64,000 nt of DNA from Thermoplasmata archaeon. Its GTDB lineage: Archaea; Thermoplasmatota; Thermoplasmata; RBG-16-68-12; JAFNFQ01. Position numbers and translations under genes: made by a program. This document shows positions 1-9,884 of this stretch, piece after piece. The notes beneath the pieces are model-generated. The model had not been told where the DNA came from, did no database searches, and saw only the letters and a list, made by a program, of their open reading frames with translations. Position 1 is the first letter of the stretch; each line of letters begins with the position of its first letter. The stretch covers positions 1 to 64,000 of the forward strand of contig JBGPQV010000006.1 in assembly GCA_041489255.1 (NCBI GenBank), read 5' to 3'.

Positions 1-1
1 A

Positions 2-1060
2 TTCGCGACGTTCACCGTCTCTCCTCTTGCTCCAACCGCAGACTCCTCAAGGTTCACCGCCACGTGGGTCTCTCCCGCCATTCCCGGGACATATCGCGTG
101 ATCGCTGACGTCGATCATGATGACGACATCACGGAGTGGGATGAGACGAACAACGTGTACACGTGGACGATAGACGTCGTCGCAGGTCCGGTCACATCGC
201 TCGTCATCGGCGACCCGAACTACACATCCCCCGCCATGATGATTTACGTCAAATCCTCCACTCCCCTCGACCTCTCCGTCGTCGACCAGAGCGGGCTTGG
301 GACGAGGAATACTACGTTCAGGATCGACGGCGGGGACTGGAGGAACTACACCGCCACGGGCACGTTCTCCTTGGCGGGAGAGGGACAGCACGAGATAGAG
401 TGGTATTCGATCGACCGCGCCGGGAACGTGGAGGGAATCACCGCCACGAACCTCACCGTCGACGACACTCCCCCCGCCACGGTCATCCTCCCCGCCGAAG
501 ACGAGGTCGCGTCGGGCACGTCGTTCACACTCACCGCCACGGATACGGGGTGCGGCGTTGAGGTCACGATGTACCGCGTGGATGGCGGTGATCCGGTCGA
601 GTACGTTGGCGGATTCACACTCGCCCAAGGCGTGCACGACATCTACTACTACTCGGTGGACCACCTGGGCAACACGGAGGCGGAGAAGCACAAGCTCGTC
701 ACTGTGAACGGACCGCCCGAGGTGGCGGTGAACTACAAGCCGATCGTCGCTCTCGTCTTCGCGATCATCTTGGTAGTCGCTGGAATCTGGTCTTCCAAGA
801 AAAGGCCGTGGAAGGGCGGGATTAACAGGATGGCGGTGGCGAAGGCGTTCGCGATTACCTCGCTGCCGTTCGTAATTGCGGAGGCGGTGACTGGCGTGGT
901 GTCTTTCCTCACCGGGCAGCTGTCGATACCGCCGCTTCTGGGAATCGGCACAGCCGTCGACCTGACCATCCTCTTGGCGGGGCTAGCGGTTGCAATCCTG
1001 AGGGCAACCAGAGCGGGCCCGTCGAAGGCCGATCTGACGAACGAGCCCGAAGGTCCGTGA
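2..1060 (+). CDS. C-terminal part of a cell-surface protein (CARDB + Ig-like/OmpL47-type repeats + 3-TM C-terminal anchor); starts before the window
   Basis: Frame is open from position 2. CARDB-like ADVDHDDDITEWDETNN, repeated YYSVD..GN.E Ig motifs, and a hydrophobic tail very similar to that of 56562..59870. Confidence 0.85.
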   Translation, partial: FATFTVSPLAPTADSSRFTATWVSPAIPGTYRVIADVDHDDDITEWDETNNVYTWTIDVVAGPVTSLVIGDPNYTSPAMMIYVKSSTPLDLSVVDQSGLGTRNTTFRIDGGDWRNYTATGTFSLAGEGQHEIEWYSIDRAGNVEGITATNLTVDDTPPATVILPAEDEVASGTSFTLTATDTGCGVEVTMYRVDGGDPVEYVGGFTLAQGVHDIYYYSVDHLGNTEAEKHKLVTVNGPPEVAVNYKPIVALVFAIILVVAGIWSSKKRPWKGGINRMAVAKAFAITSLPFVIAEAVTGVVSFLTGQLSIPPLLGIGTAVDLTILLAGLAVAILRATRAGPSKADLTNEPEGP

Positions 1061-1163
1061 CAGTCGGGAGATGACTCCACAAGGACGGAAGAGAGTTCTC
1101 GGAACCGGGATTCGACGGATTCTTTGCCGCTTCACCGACGCGTGGACTCCCTCCAGCTTCCAG

Positions 1164-1232
1164 CTCGTTCTCAATGCAGACAACGGCCCGAATACCTATT
1201 TATCGAGAGTTACGGCCTCGATGACCCGACGG
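1164..1232 (+). repeat. Left copy of a ~69-bp imperfect direct repeat flanking the AbiE pair
   Basis: ctcgttctcaatgcagacAACGGCCCGAATACCTATTTATCGAgagttaCGGCCTCGATGACCCGAcgg aligns without gaps to 2981-3049. Confidence 0.9.
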
Positions 1233-1283
1233 CCAGATTGAAGACGATTACGGATTCGCTGCGACGCCACCATGGCGGTGGGT

Positions 1284-1291
1284 TTTTATAT
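1284..1291 (+). promoter_or_regulatory. Probable archaeal TATA box of the AbiE operon
   Basis: TTTTATAT ~27 nt upstream of ATG 1319, the spacing expected for a leaderless transcript. Confidence 0.5.
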
Positions 1292-1318
1292 GTAAATCGA
1301 TGTTGATAACTGTACACA

Positions 1319-2074
1319 ATGATGCAGAAACTCACAAAGACTTACATAATGAAGCGGCTCTCAGACGATGATATCGCCACCTTCAGTGCGCGCGAGTTCC
1401 TTTTGCTCTTTCGCTTGGACGAGAACAGAGGCTACAAGTTCCTGCACCGCCTCGAGACCGCGGGTCTGGTGAAACGCATCGCGCGCGGCCGATACATCGT
1501 CAGCCTTGGAGGCAAGGAAGCCCTGGGGCAGGCGTTTTTCCTGGGGACGCGCCTGGTCGAACCTTCATATGTCAGCTTCTGGAGCGCGCTTAATTTCTAC
1601 GGATGGACAGAGCAGGCCCCCCGCATCGTCTTCATCGCGAACACGAAACTGTCAGGCAGGAAGAACGTCGAAGCGCATTCCTTCCGTCTGGTCAAGGTCA
1701 AGCCGGACCGTCTGTTCGGCTACGCAATCGCGCGGCAGGGAAGCCTGGAGTTCCCCGTTGCCGACCACGAGAAAGCAATCGTCGACAGCCTCTGGCTCCC
1801 GTCATGCTCAGGTGGGGTGGAGGAAGTTGCGAAAGCACTCGCGGCGGCGATCGGGGGTCTGGATATCGGGGTTCTGGAATCTTACGCGGTGAGGATGGGG
1901 TCAAGGAGTCTCTCTTCCCGCCTTGGGTATCTTCTGGAGAGAATCGGGGCGGAATCATCGACTCTGCAGAGGGAGGTCTCGGCGGACTATGTCAAGCTCG
2001 ACCCCGCCGGTCCCAGGAGGGGCAAGTACGACTCCAAATGGCGGGTCATCGACAATCTCAATGAGGTGAGCTGA
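1319..2074 (+). CDS. Type IV toxin-antitoxin antitoxin, AbiEi family (wHTH)
   Basis: LHRLETAGLVKRIARGRY wHTH, PSYVSFWSALNFYGWTEQAP, EKAIVD and RLGYLLE motifs typical of AbiEi. Confidence 0.88.
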   Translation: MMQKLTKTYIMKRLSDDDIATFSAREFLLLFRLDENRGYKFLHRLETAGLVKRIARGRYIVSLGGKEALGQAFFLGTRLVEPSYVSFWSALNFYGWTEQAPRIVFIANTKLSGRKNVEAHSFRLVKVKPDRLFGYAIARQGSLEFPVADHEKAIVDSLWLPSCSGGVEEVAKALAAAIGGLDIGVLESYAVRMGSRSLSSRLGYLLERIGAESSTLQREVSADYVKLDPAGPRRGKYDSKWRVIDNLNEVS

Positions 2075-2838
2075 CGCTAACGCGCAAGCAGATTTCGGAG
2101 ATAGCACGGCGCGAGGGGCTCTCGCTCCATACAGTCGAGCGAGATTATGTGCAGCATTTGATCCTCCGCAATCTTCCCGGTCGGATCTTCATTTTCAAGG
2201 GCGGGACATGCCTCCGCATTGCATACCACAGCCCCAGATACTCCGAGGATCTCGACTTCGACGCCGAATGCAGCAAGGCGGAGGCCGCGGATTTCTACCA
2301 GGACACTGCCCGCCGCCTTGCCGACTACGGGATTCGCGCCCATGTGATCAAGGAGCCTTCGGCGGCGGCGAGTTTCACCGCAAGGCTTCGGTATGAAGGG
2401 GCTCTGTTCGATGGCACGCTCCTGTCGCGAGGGACCGTCCGCGTCGAGGTGAGCCTGCGCGGGGAGAGGGTGGAATCAAGAGAGCTGTTCATCCCCCGCA
2501 CACCCTATGCCGATGTCCCGCAGCTTGTGCTCATTGTGCTGGCGGGGAATCACATGTTCGCGGAGAAGACAAGAGCCCTGATCATCCGTCGGAAGCCGCG
2601 AGACCTGTACGACCTGCATTTCCTCAAACATCAGGACATTCTCTGTTCAAGGTCGCTCATTGACGAGAAGATGAAGCTGTACGGGCGCAGATTCACCGTG
2701 AAGGCTGTCGACGAAGCGATCAAGGCCGCCGGTCGCACATGGAGCAGGGACCTCGAACCTCTCCTCGGACAAGTGCCCTCTTACGATGGCGTGGCGGAAG
2801 ACGTGCGGGCAACATTCCACGGAAGACTTGCCGCGTGA
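2074..2838 (+). CDS. Type IV toxin, AbiEii/AbiGii nucleotidyltransferase; probable non-canonical start (ACG 2074 or CTG 2071)
   Basis: FKGGTCLR..Y..PRYSEDLDF, AEK and RDLYDL motifs. The family-typical N-terminus LTRKQISEIARREG..VERDY lies upstream of the track start at 2149. Confidence 0.88.
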   Translation, partial: TLTRKQISEIARREGLSLHTVERDYVQHLILRNLPGRIFIFKGGTCLRIAYHSPRYSEDLDFDAECSKAEAADFYQDTARRLADYGIRAHVIKEPSAAASFTARLRYEGALFDGTLLSRGTVRVEVSLRGERVESRELFIPRTPYADVPQLVLIVLAGNHMFAEKTRALIIRRKPRDLYDLHFLKHQDILCSRSLIDEKMKLYGRRFTVKAVDEAIKAAGRTWSRDLEPLLGQVPSYDGVAEDVRATFHGRLAA

Positions 2839-2980
2839 CGATACCTGCCTGAATAACCGTCGACGGCCCCGCAATCCCGAAGACGAAAGCGAAGATGAAA
2901 GTGATTGTGGACTTTGCGGTCTGCCCCCAGACAGGGGCCGGAGCGGCAAATGCGAAAGCGTCACCATTGGCGAGATGATG

Positions 2981-3049
2981 CTTGTTCTCAAGTCAGATAA
3001 CGGCCCGAATACCTATTTATCGACAGAGGCGGCCTCGATGACCCGATGG
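2981..3049 (+). repeat. Right copy of the ~69-bp direct repeat, carrying the putative promoter and ATG of the downstream gene
   Basis: Contains TATTTATC and ends at ATG 3046; matches 1164-1232. Confidence 0.9.
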
Positions 3050-5295
3050 ATTTTCCGCCTGGCAGGGCGGAGCAGCTGCTCAGCGGCGGGCCTGAAGTCC
3101 TCAAGTCCGTGCTGGAAGAGCTCGGCCCCATGAAGTTCACAGGCATAGTGAGCACGAGCGTTCTCAGGGCAGGCGCTCCCGCCACGGGCCACTTGTTGAT
3201 CCAGCGGGGGAAGCCCATTGTCGCGCAGCACAGTTCTGTGAACCCGCACGGCGGTCCTGATGCGTTCAAGGAAACGGCGAGGGATGCGCTCAGCCCGAGG
3301 TGTGCGTTGGAGGTCCGCTCCTACACCTATCACAATTCCAAGATCAGCGTCGCGCAGCTGACAAAGTCCCGCCCGACATGCGTCCTCGGAGAGGGTTTCG
3401 ACCCGGCCACCACGATCGATGAGGTGAAGAGCGAGGAGACGAAGAGAATCGCCGAGGAGGACGCCGCAAGAAGCTCCGAGATGGAGCGAGACCGGCAGTC
3501 ACAGCTCCAGCAGGAGTCTGTCCATCTCCATGAGGACGAGACCGCCGCGAAGCTCCAGGCGGAGGCAATGAGGTCGATGACGCGTGAGCTCGAGGACCTC
3601 AGGCTCCAGGGGACCGCTATGGTGCAGAAGCTGAGGGCGGGCCCGAACATCGCCGAGAGGCGCGCGAGGCTGGCCGAGGCGTGGCGGGAGATGGAGAGGC
3701 GGCGAGGCGAGCTGGACGCGATGGCGGCTCAGATGGATCGGGAGAAAGCGGAACTGGCGGGGAGACTGGACAAGCTCGACAAGACGAGAGAGGCGCTTGA
3801 GGCGGTGAAAAGCGCCGCTGAAGATTCCCGCCTAGTTCTCGAAGCCGAGAAGAAACGAATCCAGGATATGTGGGCAGACCTGAAGGAGGAATCGAGCAGA
3901 CTGACCGCCGGGAAGAATGCTCTGAAGGCGGCAGAGACGGAATGCGGGAAGCGGGAGAGGAAGATCGCGGAGCTAGGCGATTCGTTGAAGGCTCAAACAT
4001 CAGCTCTCGACAAGCGCGCGGAGAAGCTGTCGCGGTCCGAGAGAATGTTGAGAGACGAGGAGAAGACTCTCGACAAGGAGAGGCGCGCTCATGCCGAGTT
4101 AACTCGCCAGCTTGCGGCAGATCGCAGGAGCCTTGAGTCGGTGACCTCTGACCTGCTGGAGAGGGATGAGAAGCTGTCTGCCCGGGGGAAGGAGCAGACA
4201 GCCCTGGAGCATAAGCTCGGGCGGACATCGAGATCGCTCAAAGTCAAGTCCGAAATGCTGGCGAAGGCGGAGAGGGGGCTCAGGGTTCACGAAGGATTAC
4301 TGGAACGCAGGTCCGCGGATTTGACCACGAAGGAGAAGGCCCTCGCAACCGCAAAGAGGCAATCCACCGCACAATCACAGGCTCTAGCTCGCAAGCTGAA
4401 GGAGCACAGACGGCTCGATGCCGCAATGAAGAAGAAACTTGGAGATGTCGCCCTTCGAAATGCCGAACTCAAATCAATCTCAGACGACCTCGCCGTCGAG
4501 AGAGATCAGCTTGCATTCCTGAAGGAACGGCTCGAAGCAGGGGAGCTGGAACTCGCCGCCAAGGAACGGGAAGTCAAGAAGCTCAAGAACGAGCTTGATT
4601 CGGCGCGTGAGAAAGTCAGGGCAGAGGGCCATGCCGCGAGACAAAGGCACCGAGACCAGTCGGAAGAGCTGGTACGGAAGAAAGAGGAACTCGCAAGAGC
4701 CCTCGCGGCAGCCGGAGAGGAGAGGGATGGCACCATGCAGCTCCGCGACAAGCTCATATCTCTCGAGCACGAGCTGATCACGCGGGCGAAGCAGAGCGCC
4801 ATGAAGGAGCGCGGTCTAGTCGATCACGAGAAGAGACTCGAGGCGTCGGAGAGGGCGGTCGAGGAGAAAGCTGAAAGAATGCGGATCTCCGCCGCGCGGC
4901 GGGAGAGCAGGATCGTGCAGAGAGAACAGGAGATCATCTCCTGGGATCAGGAAGCGGCGGCACGGGTTGAGAAACTGCGCGAGCAGGAGGCTGCCGCGAA
5001 GAAGGAAGCCGCCGACTTGAAAGCGGAAGCGGCGAAGACGGCGCGCAAGAACGAAGAGCACCTCGCGGTGGTCGAGCAGAAGCTGAAGGCCGCCACAGCC
5101 GCGATGCACCAGGTCGCAATGGCTGCGGCACGGATCAAGGAGAGAGAGGCCGAGCATGCGAAGAGGGAAAAGACGATCGTCGCCAGAGAGGAGGAACTCG
5201 ACAGGCGTGAGGTCGAGCTACAGAGGAGGGCTCGGAGAGACGCTCGGCGCCTCAAAGACCTCGAGATGCTCAGGCGGGCCCTCAGGAAGCTGTAG
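3046..5295 (+). CDS. Globular N-terminal domain (DUF2226-like) fused to a very long coiled coil
   Basis: 749 aa. N-terminal FTGIV..GHLLIQRGKPIVA beta-rich segment, then ~600 aa rich in E/K/R/A/L heptads; no Walker A. Confidence 0.7.
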   Translation: MDFPPGRAEQLLSGGPEVLKSVLEELGPMKFTGIVSTSVLRAGAPATGHLLIQRGKPIVAQHSSVNPHGGPDAFKETARDALSPRCALEVRSYTYHNSKISVAQLTKSRPTCVLGEGFDPATTIDEVKSEETKRIAEEDAARSSEMERDRQSQLQQESVHLHEDETAAKLQAEAMRSMTRELEDLRLQGTAMVQKLRAGPNIAERRARLAEAWREMERRRGELDAMAAQMDREKAELAGRLDKLDKTREALEAVKSAAEDSRLVLEAEKKRIQDMWADLKEESSRLTAGKNALKAAETECGKRERKIAELGDSLKAQTSALDKRAEKLSRSERMLRDEEKTLDKERRAHAELTRQLAADRRSLESVTSDLLERDEKLSARGKEQTALEHKLGRTSRSLKVKSEMLAKAERGLRVHEGLLERRSADLTTKEKALATAKRQSTAQSQALARKLKEHRRLDAAMKKKLGDVALRNAELKSISDDLAVERDQLAFLKERLEAGELELAAKEREVKKLKNELDSAREKVRAEGHAARQRHRDQSEELVRKKEELARALAAAGEERDGTMQLRDKLISLEHELITRAKQSAMKERGLVDHEKRLEASERAVEEKAERMRISAARRESRIVQREQEIISWDQEAAARVEKLREQEAAAKKEAADLKAEAAKTARKNEEHLAVVEQKLKAATAAMHQVAMAAARIKEREAEHAKREKTIVAREEELDRREVELQRRARRDARRLKDLEMLRRALRKL

Positions 5296-5354
5296 TCCGG
5301 AAGCTGCCGCGCCATGGCAAAGGAATATCTAATTAGGGGCCTTTCCGACGGAGG

Positions 5355-6584
5355 ATGGAAGGCAAGAAGCTGCTGCTCGTCGTGCTCGACGGGCTCGGGG
5401 ACCGTCCGATAAAGGACCTGGGCAGCAAGACGCCGCTCCAGCTCGCCGCCAAGAGCAACCTGGACTGGCTCGCCTCCAACGGCGCCTGCGGGATTCTCGA
5501 CCCGATCGCACCTGGCGTGTGCCCGGGCAGCGACACCTCGCACCTCTCTCTCCTCGGTTATGACCCGTTCCAGGTCTACACCGGGCGGGGACCATTCGAG
5601 GCCGCCGGCGCGGGCATCGCGGTCAAGGGCGGCGATGTCGCTTTCAGATGCAATTTCGCTACCGTGGACAGGGATATGAGGGTGCTCGACAGGAGAGCGG
5701 GAAGGATAAAGCAGGGCACCGTGGAGCTCGCGAAGAGCCTTGACGGCCTCGAAATCGAAGGAATCGAAATCTTATTCAAGGCCGGGACGGAGCATAGGGC
5801 GGCCCTTGTCCTCCGGGGGCCCGGGCTTTCGGCCGACGTCAGCGACACCGACCCTCACGAGGAAGGCAGCAACATCCTCGAATGCAAGGCAATACAGCCC
5901 GGAGCGGAGAAGACCGCGAGGATAATCAACGAATTCTCACGCATCGCGCATGATACGCTGAGGCAGCACTCTGTCAACAGGGAGAGAGAGGAGAAGGGCG
6001 TGGTGCCCGCCAATGCGATCCTCATCCGCGGCGGCGGGATATTCCCACATTTGAAGAGCATCGAGGAGATGCACGGCATGAAGTCCGCCGTGGTCGCCGG
6101 AGTCGCCCTCATCAAGGGCATCTGCCGCTCATTGGGCATGGAGGTGCTCGACGTCAAGGGCGCCACGGGGGGCCTCGACACTGACATGATGGCCAAGGCG
6201 AAGGCGGCGATGGACGCCTTCGTAGACAAGGACTTCGTGTTGATCAACGTCAAGGCGGCCGACATCTGCGGTCATGACGGGAGACCGATGGACAAGGTCA
6301 AGGTGGTCGAGAGGGCGGACCAGATGCTGGGCTACATCAGGGATCACATGACCGAGAGCCTGGTCCTCGCGGTCACCTCGGATCACTCGACGCCGTGCGC
6401 GGTGAAGAACCACACCGGTGATCCTGTCCCCTTGCTCATCTTCGGCGAGGGCGTGCGCGTCGACGACGTGCAGACCTTCGACGAGATCGCATGCGCGAAG
6501 GGCGGACTCGGGAGGCTCAGGGGGATCGACCTGCTGCCGCTGATGCTCGACCTCGCTGGCAGGAACGTCAAGTTCGGCGCGTAG
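5355..6584 (+). CDS. apgM: 2,3-bisphosphoglycerate-independent phosphoglycerate mutase, archaeal type
   Basis: LDGLGDRP, PGSDTSHL, GRGPFEA, D.CGHDG and TSDHSTP...HTGDPVP motifs; GGAGG Shine-Dalgarno. Confidence 0.96.
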   Translation: MEGKKLLLVVLDGLGDRPIKDLGSKTPLQLAAKSNLDWLASNGACGILDPIAPGVCPGSDTSHLSLLGYDPFQVYTGRGPFEAAGAGIAVKGGDVAFRCNFATVDRDMRVLDRRAGRIKQGTVELAKSLDGLEIEGIEILFKAGTEHRAALVLRGPGLSADVSDTDPHEEGSNILECKAIQPGAEKTARIINEFSRIAHDTLRQHSVNREREEKGVVPANAILIRGGGIFPHLKSIEEMHGMKSAVVAGVALIKGICRSLGMEVLDVKGATGGLDTDMMAKAKAAMDAFVDKDFVLINVKAADICGHDGRPMDKVKVVERADQMLGYIRDHMTESLVLAVTSDHSTPCAVKNHTGDPVPLLIFGEGVRVDDVQTFDEIACAKGGLGRLRGIDLLPLMLDLAGRNVKFGA

Positions 6585-6691
6585 GGCGCTTTCAGGTTGC
6601 CTTCTTTCACTGATATCGAGAGGGGAATATTATTTAAGCACCCATATCATTTCAGCCTGTCTTTTCGGCCTTTTGGCCAGCGATATATCTG

Positions 6692-9600
6692 GTGATAGAT
6701 GTGATATTTGAAGATAGAAAGAGCATGCTTGTGAGTTTGACCGTTGTGTCCGCGCTCCTGCTGTCCGCGTTCGCTGGGTCGGCGCTCATGGCGAAGGCGC
6801 TGCACGGCAAGGGCAGCGCGGGCGCGCCCCTCGACCTTTGGATGCGTGACACGGACGGGGATGGGCTCATCAATAGCCTGTGGGCGAATGTGACGCTGGA
6901 TGTGACCGTTCAGGACGTCTTTACATTCGATCTCACGATTAGGGATCAGTTCAATGCATCGGACATAGCCTACGCAACGAACAGCACATATTACCTGGTC
7001 GGGTCACATGTGATACAGATGATCGTGCCGGGTTACTTGATCAATGTCAGCGGCGTGGATGGCCCGTACGTCGTCTCAGTCCAGATCCAGAATGATCAAA
7101 ACGCGGACGTCGCCTATCCGAGCGCAACGACGGCAGCCTATGTGGCGACGGACTTTGAAGAGCCGCCCGCCACGATCGGGCCCTCATTCGGCGATTACGG
7201 CGTCGACCTGGACATGCCCGCCGACGGCCTCTTCAACCAACTGCGCCTGAACCTGCCCGTCAACGTCACCGAGGCGGGGCAGTACATCTATGTTGCCGGG
7301 CTGACAGGGGGCATGCCGCCCTCGGTTATCACCATGACGTTTGGAGCAGCGGATCTTGGCCCCGGCCTCTACGATCATGAGATGTCTTTCAGCGGATTGG
7401 AAATTTCAGCTTCCGGAGTCGACGGCCCGTACACCACGATGAGCATTCTCTTCTTATTGACCGGTTCAGGGCCGGTCATGATCTCACAAAGCCTCAACAA
7501 CACCGGAGCCTATCTTGCTGCAGACTTCCAGACGCGGGCGACAGTGCCGGTGGCTGGGACCGTGACCGACGCGCTCGGGGGGGCGGTCTCTGGGGCGGGT
7601 GTCATCTTCGCTAATTACACCGACCTCCTCCAGGTGACTGCGACGACCGGCCCGGCGGGGGACTATTCCACCTCCTTGTACCCTGGCGAGTACACCGCAA
7701 TCGTTGACACGGGCGGGAGCCAAGGCGACTACGCCGAGAATATCACCGTTGCGGGGCCCGGAACAATCGACTTCTCGCTGAGGGCACCGAGCCCTGGATA
7801 CAACAACGTGACGGTGGTGATGTCGGATCTGAACACCATGACTGTGAGCACCGACGGACTGATGTGGGACGGCGTCGCTTCCCTGAGGATGATGGTCGAC
7901 TGGGACTTCGGCAACAAAGATGGCGTAGCCTCAGATTCCGAGCTATCCCTTTTGTTCAGTGTGCTCGGCGCCGCGACCCTATTCGACGACACAGACGACA
8001 TCATGTACATGGACGGCATATTCTACTATCCTTACGATTACGCGGGCAACAAGTACGTCATCGACGTCAGTGGCCCCATCGTCTCCGGCCCTCCTGCGAG
8101 CCTGAGCACCATAAACTATCTGACATCGAATGCGACATTGCCCTCCGCGCAGACGCACACTGCGAGGCTCAACGTCTCGCTGGACCAGGACCTCGAGAAA
8201 TCGAAGATAACGATCCTTCTCCCGCCAGGATGGGGCGTAATGAGCGCGACACCTGACACCAACATCTCATACACCGGTTTCGGCACCGACACTTTCGTCA
8301 TTGATCCGCGGCTCGACACTAGCGGCCTCGGGGCTTATGTGTGGATTGACGTCCTGATCGGGGATTTGGCCATCATACCGCCAATAGTCGAGGGTCAGGA
8401 CGCGACGCCCAACCCTGCCGAATACTATAGCCCTGTGACAATCTCGGCCTGGGTCAATGATTCGTCGCCGATTGCATCGGTCGACGTCGAGATCATGGCC
8501 CCGAGCGGGCCCCCGATCGGCAACTGGTCGATGACGCTCAACGCGATCTCGGGCAAGTACGAGTTCACGCTCAACTCCTATCCCGGCCTGGGCACGTACC
8601 CTTACACGATATGGGCCGTGGACACGGATAGCAACACGGCGTTCGGCGCGGGGGATTTCGTCGTCCAGGACACGACGGCTCCCTTGGCCAACGCAGGCCC
8701 GGACCAGACAGTCCCCAATGGCACGACAGTCCAATTCGACGGCACGGCATCCGTGGACAACTACCTACTTGCATCGTGGCAATGGGACTTCAACGACGGC
8801 ACGGGGCCCGTGGTGTTGACCGGATCGCAGCCGTCCCACAGGTTCGACATCACCGGGGTGTACACTGTCACCCTGACCGTCACCGACACGGTCTTGCTGA
8901 CCGACACCGACACGATGACGGTCACGGTCACTTACCCGCCGAAGCCAAACCCGCCGATGAACGTCACGGCGACGCAGACTACCGTCACGACAGTCCATGT
9001 CACCTGGTCTGCACCAATCCAGAACACCGATGGGTCTGCGATAACCGGTCCCTTGAGGTACTTGGTGTTCCGCGCTGACGCGCCGGCCGGAATATACTCA
9101 CAGATCACGCCGACCTCGATAGATGCAACCCAGTTCGATGACACCAATCTCGCACCCGGGGACTACTACTACAAGGTCGAGGCGGTCAACCAGTGGGGCA
9201 ACCACTCAGAGAAATCCGCGTACGACCAAGCGACCGTGACCGACAAGGGAAGCGTGAACGGGACAGTCGAGAGCGAAGGGCAGCCGCTTGCCGATGTGAC
9301 CGTGGAAATCCTCGATTCCACCGGAACCGTCGTCGATACTGCGACCACCGCTGCGGATGGCGCGTTCAGCTTCAGCGACCTGAGCCCGGGGACTTACACG
9401 ATCCGGGCGAGCAAGGACGGCTACGAGTCGAAGGAGAAATCCGTGGTGATCAACGCCTTCGCCAACAAGGATGCGGGCATCATCACCTTGACGAAGAAGA
9501 GCCAAGCAACAGAGTTGCCTTGGATGTGGATCATCCTGATCATCGCGGTCACCGCAATCGTTGTCTCGCTTGTCGCCATCATGATGAAGAGGAGGAAGAA

Positions 9601-9745
9601 GCCAGCGGAGCAGGCCATACCTCAGGGAGCCATGCCGCCCCCGCCGCCTCAGATGCCAATGCAGCAGGTGCCGCCACAACAGGCACCGCCGCAGCCCGCC
9701 CAATATCCACCACCGCCGCCGCCCCCTTCGCCGCCGGGACGGTAA
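6692..9745 (+). CDS. Cell-surface glycoprotein (carboxypeptidase-regulatory-like, PKD and FN3 domains; TM helix; Pro/Gln-rich tail)
   Basis: Signal peptide, PKD motif WDFNDG...YTVTLTV, FN3 motif YYYKVEAVN, C-terminal TM + KRRKK, many N-x-S/T sites. Start uncertain. Confidence 0.85.
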   Translation: MIDVIFEDRKSMLVSLTVVSALLLSAFAGSALMAKALHGKGSAGAPLDLWMRDTDGDGLINSLWANVTLDVTVQDVFTFDLTIRDQFNASDIAYATNSTYYLVGSHVIQMIVPGYLINVSGVDGPYVVSVQIQNDQNADVAYPSATTAAYVATDFEEPPATIGPSFGDYGVDLDMPADGLFNQLRLNLPVNVTEAGQYIYVAGLTGGMPPSVITMTFGAADLGPGLYDHEMSFSGLEISASGVDGPYTTMSILFLLTGSGPVMISQSLNNTGAYLAADFQTRATVPVAGTVTDALGGAVSGAGVIFANYTDLLQVTATTGPAGDYSTSLYPGEYTAIVDTGGSQGDYAENITVAGPGTIDFSLRAPSPGYNNVTVVMSDLNTMTVSTDGLMWDGVASLRMMVDWDFGNKDGVASDSELSLLFSVLGAATLFDDTDDIMYMDGIFYYPYDYAGNKYVIDVSGPIVSGPPASLSTINYLTSNATLPSAQTHTARLNVSLDQDLEKSKITILLPPGWGVMSATPDTNISYTGFGTDTFVIDPRLDTSGLGAYVWIDVLIGDLAIIPPIVEGQDATPNPAEYYSPVTISAWVNDSSPIASVDVEIMAPSGPPIGNWSMTLNAISGKYEFTLNSYPGLGTYPYTIWAVDTDSNTAFGAGDFVVQDTTAPLANAGPDQTVPNGTTVQFDGTASVDNYLLASWQWDFNDGTGPVVLTGSQPSHRFDITGVYTVTLTVTDTVLLTDTDTMTVTVTYPPKPNPPMNVTATQTTVTTVHVTWSAPIQNTDGSAITGPLRYLVFRADAPAGIYSQITPTSIDATQFDDTNLAPGDYYYKVEAVNQWGNHSEKSAYDQATVTDKGSVNGTVESEGQPLADVTVEILDSTGTVVDTATTAADGAFSFSDLSPGTYTIRASKDGYESKEKSVVINAFANKDAGIITLTKKSQATELPWMWIILIIAVTAIVVSLVAIMMKRRKKPAEQAIPQGAMPPPPPQMPMQQVPPQQAPPQPAQYPPPPPPPSPPGR

Positions 9746-9884
9746 GCATCCGATGCTTTGACGCCCCGCCGTCCACTCAGGCGGGGACGCCCCTTTCGAC
9801 AAAGCTTAAATCGGCCAGCCCGCCTACTCTCCGCAAGGTTCCCTTTGGGGGATTCAAGGAGAAGGGCAAGGAGCAAGATTTCTG

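Noticed and set aside
3046-5295. SMC/Rad50 call for the coiled-coil protein
   Set aside because: No Walker A/B, hinge or Zn hook.
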